Shown piece after piece: positions 23,805-34,420 of a stretch of DNA of 64,000 nucleotides. Position 1 is the stretch's first letter. Each line of letters begins with the position of its first letter. The DNA is taken from assembly GCF_902459465.1 (NCBI RefSeq), contig NC_047073.1, forward strand, positions 1,860,001-1,924,000. Direction: 5' to 3'. This DNA is from Asterias rubens (Eukaryota). The translations under genes were made by a program, and so were the position numbers. The notes beneath the pieces are model-generated. The model saw only the letters and a program-made list of their open reading frames with translations. It was not told the DNA's origin and did not search any database.

Positions 23805-26800
23805 TCACCTCTTCTCCGCTTCTTCCAACAACCGATCAAAAACTGCCGGTTCTACGGCAACCAGTTTTAACATCTCTAACTCTATTGGATGCATATGGCC
23901 TGTGATGATCAATGAGTGAAGCGGTTCACCGAGGTCGACCGTTGCCAGTTGCTGAAGGGTTCCAGCTGCCATTTGTTGCGACTCGGATCCGACGCGTGCG
24001 ACTCCTACGCAGATGGTGTCTTCACTCAGTGCTGAAAGAGTAAACAAAAATCAGTTAATGGCACTAGACACCTTTGGTACTTTACTTTTCAAAGACCAGT
24101 ATTTTCACTTGTTGTGTATCCCAAATATGTATAAAATACAAAATCTTTCTCACCTAGTTTTTCTTGACTCTCCGTTGTTCTCTTCCTCTCAACGATATTA
24201 ATGAGTTGAGAAGCTGCTTGGCTGACCGTCATGTAACGAGGTGGTTCATAAATCTTCCTCCCTCTGATGATGTAAAGTTAAAATTAAATAATATTTATTT
24301 TCCGTTTTCTAATATTCATCCTCAAAGATATAAGTAATTCATTACCCAATTGTGTGGGTTTCTGAAATTTTCAACAGCAGCTCTATACAAGTTTCAACAG
24401 GCCTATGGGTCGCAACAGTGCTGGTCACCTTTCAGGGTCCCTTGATTTCATGACCAGAAAGTTACTACAGTAGTTTTTACATTTGAAGACAGGTCTCACT
24501 ACACAATTTTCTTTCAGTGACACCTTGAGTTTTTCACTAATCAGGAGAGACTGCTGAGTTCAAATATGAATTTGTACTGCTGTTATCTACCATGTCTACT
24601 GGTTCTGAGTAGACTTTAAATCAGGAGTCTACCGAGATCAAAGGGCCCAATTTCATGAAAAATTTAAGCACACAAATTCTGCTTAGCAGAAACTGGTTAC
24701 CAGCCAAAATTCCATAATGTTTGCAATGTTTTGACTGCCGCCTCACTCATTGTTGCTTAGCATAGACATTTACAAAGCAGTAAGCAGTAATTCATGCTTA
24801 ACAGCTAAATAAAATAAACCCAAGAACTTGTCCTGCTGTTATCTGCTGCTGAGTAGATTTGGAATCGAGAAAAAAATCTAGTTTTGATGACAACAACTTT
24901 TCCTTCTGTAGATTGGGAAATCCTGGAGTGACTTGGTCCTTGCGAGAACAAGTCCTGCTTTTCATCTAACTCCTGAGAAGTGAGATATTGCGGTCTCAAT
25001 TTATTATTATTATTAAGCCAAGTTACCTCATCATGTTCTCAATGGATTGTTCCTTGACCTTAATGTCAAGAAGACACAGCGTGTGTAAACCCATGGCTCT
25101 GTTTCGTGCAATCTTATCGTAGTAGCTGTCGGGGGTCCACGTGTCCGTCCAGAACACAATGGAGATTGTCTCACCATAGTTGTACAACTACAAAGGGAAG
25201 AAACAATAGAGAGTTTGTAAAGTACAACTTTAAGGCACTGGACACTATGGACCAAAGGAGTTGAAGTCATTAAGCCGCCATCTTAGTATTTCTCCTTGGT
25301 AAAGAGCATCCTAAACCATGTGTATAATTAAACAGAACAGCAACAACTCACTAAGTTATAGGAGTCTGCAATATGCAAATAAGTTCCCATGAACACTAAT
25401 TATGCAAATTTCATTCATACCTGTAGACCGCAGCAGCCAACCGCATTCATAATTGATGCACTGTGAATCACTCTAGCCCTGTACTCTACACTATGCAATC
25501 AATGAATAGTAATTATGCACATTTCATTCATACCTGTAGACCGCAGCAGCCAATCGCATTCATAATTGATGCATTGTGAATCACCCTGTACTCTATCCCT
25601 TCTTGTTTTGCCCTCAGGGCTAAATCTGTGTGAGTTGTTGCACTGAATGAAAGAAAAAAGTACAAGTATAAATGAGGTCGGAAAATCACATGAGCATTAC
25701 ATAGACTCGGGAGCTTACACTTACAGGCCTGCAACTTTATCTAAGAAGGCTAGATCATTTTTTTTTTGAAGGGTAGTTTCATTGGATAATCTTAAAATTG
25801 TTTAGAAAACTGCAGCACCTCAGCAAGTAATATTTTAAGGGAATCTTTCTATCATCATCACTATCGTAAAACCAAGTAAGTTTAAATGTAAGTTTTGTGT
25901 CAAAACAAAAAGTACCCAAACCCTTTATACATTGATTGTTTTGAATGCACCATAAAACTACGAGGGAGCGAAAGTCTGATTGCCTGCGCCTATCTTACCC
26001 AAACGGATCTCCAACCACGAGGAATGCGATGTCTTCAGTTTTTGCGTCTCTGAAAAGTTCATCTGACTGTTGTTCCACCATATCCCTATCGGCCAGAATC
26101 AGATCCCGGCCGTAAAACTCCTCCTAGTCAAATATTGAAGTTTAAAGTTAATGTCATGGATTGTTCTTTGTCATTTAATGCTGAGTTATTGCTAGCCCTA
26201 TAAATACGACCCATCCACTTCATATCCTTAGCCCCAGCGCCAATGCAAAGCGCCAGTATTTTTGTGCCCAAATGTAAACATTTAAAAAACAATGAGTACA
26301 GAGCCCGAGTTACCGTGTCTAAATAAAATATGTGAATGTTTCTTCAAACAACTGAAAATGAATATTGAATAAACATAGGCGTTATTAAACCAATGTTTGT
26401 ATGAGACTGAGAGAGATGCTGTTGCTAGCTTGGCGTTTATATCTCTTTGAGGGAATTTGCTGAGTTCCCTTGATGGGAAGATCATTCAAACAAACAAACA
26501 AATAAACAAACAAACAAACAAACGAAAGTGAATGTTTCTTCAAACAACTGAAATTCTAAACAGCATTTTCTGAGAAAACAGCAAACAATTTCACTGTATT
26601 TTCAAAGGGCTCCGCAACATTCACAAACTGACACCAACCCTAAGAATTTTATTGTTGATTTTTGGTAATATGAATACTTAAATGACGAGTGGCTTGGCTG
26701 CCTGACAATTACTCCTAGAACTATGAGGTTTCGTTTCGATATCGACGATAGCAGAACAAAAACCTCATAGTTCTAGGAGTAAATTTGTAATGCACAAAAA

Positions 26801-27152
26801 CTAACTTGCAAAGCACGAAACAGGACCAGCCAAAATTACAACAATAAGTTTAAACTGTTGTGACTTCGTTAAAAGACAGTCGTCAAGCAGTATTTACCAC
26901 TTAATTAAAATATCTTTATGAACTTTCTCCATGGCTGCCTGACCTGGGTTGAATCAATAATCATGACATCTGATTCTGAGCTGACAAAAAAACAAAACAA
27001 AAAATAAATGTACATACCAAACATTCTTTACCAACTGTGAGAATGGATGTATATGCCTCTAAATACACCCTCTTTGCTCCTCGAACCACCTCTAACCCTT
27101 TCACTGTGATATCCTTTGCGTCTCCCAGCCCTAAACCTACAAAGTATAGCAT
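23805..27152 (-). CDS. DPH5: Diphthine methyl ester synthase, 6 coding exons, 288 aa
   Basis: Exons 27152-27018, 26123-25999, 25642-25534, 25187-25027, 24263-24154, 24031-23805; 867 nt, phases consistent. Motifs: [80 protein letters not shown]. Confidence 0.97.
25397..25488 (-). repeat. Tandem duplicate of the 3' half of DPH5 exon 3 plus its donor site
   Basis: Copy of about 25510-25595 with period 113. It keeps CAG|GTATGA and differs in the exon-derived part by two substitutions and a 6-nt insertion. Confidence 0.92.
26487..26523. repeat. (AAAC)n microsatellite
   Basis: CAAACAAACAAACAAATAAACAAACAAACAAACAAAC. Confidence 0.9.
26712..26781. mobile_element. About 70-bp palindromic mini-MITE
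   Basis: TACTCCTAGAACTATGAGG...CCTCATAGTTCTAGGAGTA. A second copy is at about 3596-3669, and a different short palindrome with similar ends is at about 53984-54044. Confidence 0.65.
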
Positions 27153-29295
27153 TGTGTGTGAGTGAACGTAGGATTGATCACTGAAGTATATTGTAGGTGT
27201 GCTGTAACCGAGTGGTTGTAAATAAAGATCAGGTGGTCGTTAACACGTGCGAGTCATCCAATGTTTGACCTTTAGCCTCGTTCAAACAATGTAATTGTGT
27301 ACAGGCCGTATTCAACTCAACAGTACATATGTTGTAGTTAAACTGTTGTTAAAAATATGCATGTTCATGTATTACTGAATCATTTAATCAAATTTTAGTT
27401 TATTTATAAAGACAAGTTTTTAAAAACGAAAGGAGTATAACAATATTGTGACAGTGCCTGAAGTCTTCAAAAGACTAAAAGGTTCAGGCTTGAGGGCGCC
27501 CTCCAATGCATGTTTTTGTCGTCTGCTACGCAAAGGGATAATAATGCTTTGTTTGTTTTTACAATAAAACAAGTAGAAATCTTTCAATTTGTTACTGTCA
27601 AGAGAAAATTATCTATTGATTTAATAAACTTGTACCCTCTGCTAGAGTTGATATGGGTTGTTCCATTGGTTGCACATTTCAAACGTCTGAGCTGATCAGT
27701 CTTTCATTTTGTTTTTACACAGGCCTACACCTTTCGGCAAATTAGTTTTTTGAGGCCCATGTCATCCACAATTTTTCTATAGTTAGTAATGAACCCCATG
27801 GCTCTCAATTTGTCTAGTACAGAACTTTTTGCAGGGGCTTTAGTGAGATGCATCTTGGGCCCAATTCATAGAGCTGAAAATATTGCTTAAAATGTCGGCT
27901 AAGCACAACTATAAGCAGGATACCAATTAAATGTTGGACATGTAAAATGTTATTTTTAGCTGGTAATGCTATTCTGATAAGCAACAATTTTTCCCAAAGC
28001 AACTTTTTACGCTTAAGCAGCTCTATAGGGTGGCCCTGTTGAGATCGGCTCATAAGACAATGAAATAATAATTATGACATATCTGAGGCATATTTTAATA
28101 TTTACAGTCATTTACAATTTTATTAGCAAAACAAAATGAAGTTTCATCAAGAACAGCGATTAAAGCATTAATCAAGGCAGTGCTTACTGGTTAATCGTAA
28201 TTTACCGACGATGCGTTATACGCCATTGCCGATAAGGTACTTACAAAAATCATTAACATCCGAATTATTTACATCATATAATATAAAATAGTCATTACAA
28301 AAGTTTGTATTAATAATAATTATATTTAAGAACTAGGTGGTAGCCATTAATGTTTGTATATATTTATGTTATTTGTTTAATGTTTAAGGCAACATCTAGT
28401 ACTTATTAGTTTGAGTAATCAATATTTTGCAAATCAAAAGACAATCAACTTTGTACAGGCGGTGCTTCATTGTTGTTTTTACAGTTAGATTTGTTGTTAT
28501 TCTTGCAGTTTTATATGCCGAGTCACACTTTTAAAACACGTCAAAAAGTCCGATACTCTATCAAAGTAGAAGCCATTAACTATTCTTTGCATTGTTACCA
28601 TACCCGGCCCAATTTCGTAGAGCAGCCAAGCACACAAATTTGCTTGGCATAAAATGTCTTCCTTGATGAAAAAAAACCCCAGGATTACCAACCAAATTTC
28701 CATTCTTTGCATATCGCTTGGTACTGGTATTCAGCTGTTCTTTGCTTATCCTAAAAATAACCTGAAAATTTGGTTGGTAATCCTGTTTTTACCCAGACAA
28801 TTCATGCTAAGCAAATTGTTGTGCTTAGCAGCTCTATGAAATTGGGCACAAGTCATTTTGGTTGATGATAACAGCCAATTATATTTTCTCACTCTACAAA
28901 GTATGTACAATATATTACTGATATTACCAAGTAAATATTTTTTTTGTATACCGATCTTCAGGACAAATGAACAGCGTTTCATTGTCACTAATTTGTATAA
29001 ATTAATCAACAATATTATTATTATCCTTTTAGTAGAAAAAAACGCACCACTGCGGAAGCGTATTGCAGACACATGAATAAATAAATGTGCTCCCTCTTAT
29101 CGTGTACGTAAACGATCGTGTACGTATACAAAATGAGAGAATTTGTTTATTCATGTGGCGCAATATGCTCCCGTACAACACTTACGACCCCCATTTAAAG
29201 AACTAGTCCTTTTTTTATATAAAAAGATCTACTTTAAAAAATCTTTATTTTACAAACCTAATTACCACAATCATTGCACGTTACCCACGTTATCC

Positions 29296-32200
29296 CTAAA
29301 CTGCGCCCGATACTATGAACGACCCATGCCTTCTTTTCTTCGAATGGTGGAACATGCTTTTATACAAATGGCGACAGCAGCAGCAACAACAACAACAGCA
29401 ACAGTACAGCAGGCATACCACACCAGCTATTACAGCACCCACAATAAGCCAGAAAGTTGTTACTTCTGCAGATGTAGAAGCTTCACTCCCGTCACAACAT
29501 GTGGCTTCCGAACAACACAGGCTGGAACATGTATTGTTCTGTAAAGTATAACAAGAACAAAAGAAACGATTAGGGCAAGAATGCCAGGTCAATGCATTGA
29601 AAGGGGCCATAGAAGTGTACGTGGTTAAGGACTTAACTGTTATCCATTTATTTTTTGGATGCAGTAATACCATATGAGTATCTACTATTACTTAGGTGGT
29701 TTTTTTCTTTTGAGAACTTGCTTGCTTTTTTTCTATTACCTCGTTTCGGAATAGCTTGCTCTAGTCATCGTCAGGAGACTGAACTGTTGTAGGCCTAAAT
29801 GTTGCATCATAATAAAAAACACTCAATATAGCTAGAGCATAGAATACGTCTGCTTTGGAATGCAAAATATGGTGGGTTCGAATCCCGCCTGTTGACATGT
29901 TCACATTTGGTGGTGCATTAGACGGTGACATGCGTAAATTTCAGTCAAGGGCATTGACACTACACACACGAGGCAACTTTTACAGGCAACGGCGAAGGCA
30001 ACCAACTGCAGTGCATGCTACGGGAGCATTGGTAGCACACGAGTAGGGAAAACTTCCGTATTCTGCTACCACTTTTCACTAATTTTTACCAAAAGGAATA
30101 TCTCATTTTGATTAGATTAGATCACAATATTTTATTCCATAACTAAATAAAAAGTGGTTGCAGACTACGGTATTTTTTTCCCATGAGTATATCATTTTTT
30201 AGAACGATGTATGAACGCCAAGAAAAACAATTTGTGAATATTCAAAATGTAAATGACCATTTCATCACCCGGCTAGTTAAATTTTGAGTCTTTTCGGAGA
30301 TTGCCGAGAACTGGTTGCCTGTAAAATTGCCTCGTGTTGCGTGCGCCGTAGGGAACCTGCGAAAGTTACACGTCGGCCATTAATGGAACACGCACGAATT
30401 TTCGGGAGGAGCAGAGCTGAAAACTTTCAGACACTACAAAAAAGGACTGTCTTCGCTAGAAAAAGAACCTCGCTGGATATGTGAAACTAGCTATAGATAA
30501 CAGGAGACTTTTCAAGAAACTGTTTGGATGTCAAAGGAATGTTTTTGTCGATGGATTTGTGGAAATGCTACGCACCTTGATGATGCATTGGTCTGGATTT
30601 ACCACGGGGCAGCAGTCGAGCGGACAACTGTTCGAAGTTTCAACGGAGTCGTCGCACCGCCCATCCCCACAAAAGCTACCTTCGGACGACCTGCAAATTT
30701 GTAAGAGATTTTCTTTTTATAAACTCAATTATTGGAAGGAAAACTGTCCGTATCCTGCCACCACCTTTCCCTCATTTTATTATACAAAAAGGAATATCTC
30801 GTTTGAGTACTATATTATTTCATAACGAATGAAAAAGTGGTGGAAGGATACGCACGACAAATGTGGCATATTTTCCCCGCTTTTTTGTTGATGTGCTGTC
30901 AGTGTGTTTATATTTAGTATCGGAGAGGCTCCAAACTCTCAAAATACGTTCACTGTAATATTCTGCTTCCCCCTCCCAACTTTAATGAGCATGTCCTCTG
31001 CTGCTGCCTAAAAAATATCAAATTTTGTTTTAACTGCCGAAAAATGACAGTCGGACGTGTAAATCTATTAAAATAACCATTTAGCTGTAGCCGTGTATTA
31101 TATGAATGCGTCTTTGTCACTGTCTACGCGAATGGCTTGAAATTGTTTGTTCTCGGTCGGGCTTCTATTAAGTGGCACATTATAACCACCAAACAATGAA
31201 ACGGTACGATAATAAGGATTAAGGATACTCTCCATTATGTTGTCAGAGTTTTAGTCCTATCTTATACTGACTACGGCAATCTACTTTTATTTGGTGCCAG
31301 GTCACATGAATATGACATGAATTTGACAGAGTTAAAATATTACAAATAGTGCAGCCCGTTTAATTGTTCCACACCCTTGAAAGAACATGTTATCACTTGA
31401 GGAACTTCATTGGCTACCGATCAGAGGACGTATCCATTTAAAAATTGCTCTTCCTGTTTGTAAATGCTAGAACAAAACTACTCCTCGATATATTTCCACT
31501 TTACTGTCACATCACACTCCTCCACGATTTCTTCAGTCCACACTTTAACATCACTCGCTTGAATGTTCCCCGAGCAAACAAAGTTCGAGTTAAAAAACTG
31601 TCAGTGTAGCTGGGCCAATGATGTGGAACAATCTCCCTATTGCCATGAGGGAATCTGTTACTCTATCTACATTTCGTAAAGCTCTAAAGACTCACCTTTT
31701 CCTAATCTTGTTAGTTGTTTTCAAGTGCGCTATGATATTGATGGAATAACGCCTTATAAATCGTAATTGTTATGTTATTCATGAGGAATATAGGCCATTA
31801 TGCCCAAACCTACCCGGGTCTGCATGCAGCTTCAAAACATTCTGACCACACCCAACAGTCGTCTGTGCTTAACCAGCCCCATCGCTGGTTACACCTGTCG
31901 AGAAAAAGTCATATTTATTCTAATAAAATAAATAAATAATGTTTATTGATAACATGCATTTGGTGGCGATTATACATGTTGACATTACGACACTCGCAAT
32001 ATTATGTTTTAAAAGTATTACATGTAACTGCACTATCTGTAAATACGTTACGTTTCGATGCTTACAATTTTTTCAAATAATTTAATATATATGGCCTTAC
32101 AAAGTTTATTTACTAGGCTATTGTTGGTTAAATTTTCCGTGTAAGCGCCCATGACATTTCCTGTTAAATTCCCGATCTACTTACCACCTTTCTGAGTTTC

Positions 32201-33558
32201 CCTTTTCGCTGAATGGTTAAATTTTGCTGTTTATTAACATTTTGTCCGTAATTACGTGATGTTGTATTGCTTATAGTTACCATTTTTCAACCAGATCATG
32301 GCTCTATAAGCATGGAGGTCTACCTCCATGCTCAAAGTTACGCACAATGTTTGGTCATTAATGCTATATTATTATGGTTGCTGAACCTTTCCTGTATCTC
32401 ATGACGTTTCCTGTTAGATTCCAAAGCCTACTTTACTTACCACTTTTCAGCGTTTCCCTTGTCGGTGCATTGGAACATTTGCTGTTGATTATAGTCTGTT
32501 GTGGTGAGATGAGATGGGTTGCAGTCATAGTTGTGTATGGTCACCTGTAAATTTGATAATGGAAGTATCTCAGTTTCCCCTTTGTAGGCCCGATGCTTCA
32601 CAAAGGCAACGAATGCGACTGCCTCCATGCCCCTGGGCCCAATTTCATAGAGCTGTTCAAGCACAAAATTGTGCTTTAGCAAAAACGTCCTTGCTTAGTA
32701 AAATCAGATTACCGGCCAAGACTCCACTAAATTGGTATGCTAAGTTAACAACAGCTAAATACCAGTCACAAGCAATGTATATGGCATGACATTTTTGCCA
32801 GTAACATGTGAAAAATAAGCGAGCTATTTTCATGTTTAAGCAATTTTTTTGCTTAAGCAGCTCTATGAAATTGGCCCCTGGTCATTGCCTTGATGCCCTT
32901 AAAATGCTCCAGTAACAATGTATAGTTTCCTGTGTGCCCTTTACCACGGAGAAAATGCATTGGTGCCCACGCCCTTTAAAAAACGAAACATACCTGCATG
33001 CCTTGTATTAAAATGATTTGATATTGTATGACTCCAAATACTAGGGGAAATCATGTGCCACGAGCCCCATTGATAATTTGTGAACCACCAACACTATTTT
33101 GTAAACCAAATAATTAGGTGCTGACTTTTAGGGATTGTTGAAAACATGATCAATAATTATTGCTTATGGTGATTGTTGACTTTCAACATGGCCCAACTTG
33201 ATAGACAATTCGACAATTAATCTTTATTAGATCCCAAGGGTAATTCAAATTCGCATACAGTAAAAACATTGAAACATTTAAAACATTTAAAAACATTAAA
33301 AACAGAGTGTAATACCTTGGTTTTGGCGTCTATTTTAGCTGTCCCTTCACCAAGCGTTTCACAACACGTGTAGAAGTAGTCTGTATTTCTCGTTGCATCG
33401 ACGAGATTGTAGTTGACGCAATTATTGTCGGAGGACTGGGCGGCCTTCTGTGGCCGATCAGCGGCGTCTTGAATCGGTGGCGAATCCGTCGCCAGACTCG
33501 CAACACCGAGGAGCAAAACTGTCGCAATGCAGAGGTAAAGGCCACATAATGATGACAT
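29296..33558 (-). CDS. Uncharacterised Cys-rich type I membrane protein, paralogue A (5 exons, 261 aa)
   Basis: Exons 33558-33316, 32544-32441, 31894-31814, 30690-30576, 29538-29296; phases 0,2,2,0; 786 nt. Signal peptide MSSLCGLYLCIATVLLLGVASLA, 20-Cys ectodomain (YFYTCC, DCNP, CNQRWGW, FCGDGRC..CPLDCC, CCSEATCC), TM FWLIVGAVIAGVVCLLY, ten consecutive Cys, short basic tail. Exon-by-exon homology with paralogue B supports the model. Confidence 0.82.
31375..31705 (+). mobile_element. L2/CR1-clade LINE 3' fragment
   Basis: Frameshifted translation LEELHWLPIRGRIHLKI...SVAGPMMWNNLPIAMRESVTLSTFRKALKTHLF is the typical C-terminus of L2/CR1 ORF2. Confidence 0.75.
32148..32290 (-). pseudogene. Decayed duplicate of paralogue A exon 2 (pseudo-exon with intact donor)
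   Basis: GAA AAG GGA AAC TCA GAA AGG TG|gtaagt compared with the real GAC AAG GGA AAC GCT GAA AAG TG|gtaagt, 256 nt apart. The downstream intron sequence is also duplicated; the upstream part has stops and frameshifts. Confidence 0.7.
32586..33000. mobile_element. Family C MITE interrupted by a nested family B MITE (32636-32877) with a CTG target duplication
   Basis: The host reads ...CTCCATGCCC-CTG-[GGCCCAATTTC...GAAATTGGCCC]-CTG-GTCATTGCC... Uninterrupted family C copies are at about 1863-2041, 6170-6327, 6583-6734 and 16735-16933. Confidence 0.8.
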
Positions 33559-34132
33559 GTTTAAAATCTGAGAAGCTGCCCGCGTTCCTCACATGATGGC
33601 TGAGTTTTAGGTGTTCACTGAAGAGGGAAATATAGTGTGTTGCTTGGCATAGGTTTGAGAAGGAAGTGTTCAACAGTAGAGCTTCGGTGGGAAATGTGGA
33701 TCTGTGAGTTGAAGTGATTGTGATCGGGGGAAGTTGGATTCCGGCTGAGGAGAACGCTGTGTTACCCGGTGGCCTTGCTCTCTGTTAATACGGGGAAGCT
33801 GTCAGTCCCTTGCTCAGGAAATAAAAGCTGTTTTGCTGATGCCTTCCCCGGTGTATCGCTTCACATACGAAGTTGCTACACTGTTACACCTATTGCGGAT
33901 GGGGCCATAGTATTAGAACTTGTGTACACACAATTTGGATGCGGTTGAGAGTGTTTAATATTAATTGTTGTAGGTCTACCCATGACATATAGATGATGCA
34001 TCTGATTTTCCTTTGTGTCGTTTAAACTTTTACTGAGGGATCTGTTCGCATCTGTATTTTTCTTAATAATTTGTTATACACAATTGTGGACGCTTTAACA
34101 TACAGTATTTTCGTTTGAATTATGAGACCTAG

Positions 34133-34282
34133 GGTGGATTTCACAAAGAGTTAGGATTAGTCTTATCTCGAGTTAGGACCAGTTTATACTCGTCCTAACT
34201 TAGGACTATCCATGCAATTTGTATATCTCCTAGGACTAGTCCTAAGTTAGGACTAGTCCTAACTCTTTGTGAAATCGACCCC
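34133..34282. mobile_element. MITE family D (GATTTCACAAAGAGTTAGGA TIR, TAGGACTAGTCCTA repeats)
   Basis: Ends are GGTGGATTTCACAAAGAG / CTCTTTGTGAAATCGACC. Related copies at about 19825-19972, 22580-22755, 45770-45880, 48220-48310, 48540-48670 and 52428-52550. Confidence 0.7.
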
Positions 34283-34361
34283 TGATCCTTGTATAGCACC
34301 ATGTAATGGTTTACAAGGTGCTGACGCAATGTGATGCCATTCAAAATGGACATTATTACAA

Positions 34362-34420
34362 AATATTCCTGACGATGACTAGAGCAATCTAGTCGAAACG
34401 TTCAGACCAATGAACGTATT
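34362..34420 (+). ncRNA. Minimal hammerhead ribozyme motif (second subfamily)
   Basis: CTGACGA-T-GACTAG(AGCAAT)CTAGTC-GAAA-CG-TT-CAGAC. Sister copies at 29741-29779 (-) and 39483-39523 (+). Confidence 0.5.

Noticed and set aside
29315-29551. Poly-Gln ORFs on the plus strand (also 38970-39293)
   Set aside because: Antisense to the poly-Cys codons of the two membrane-protein genes.
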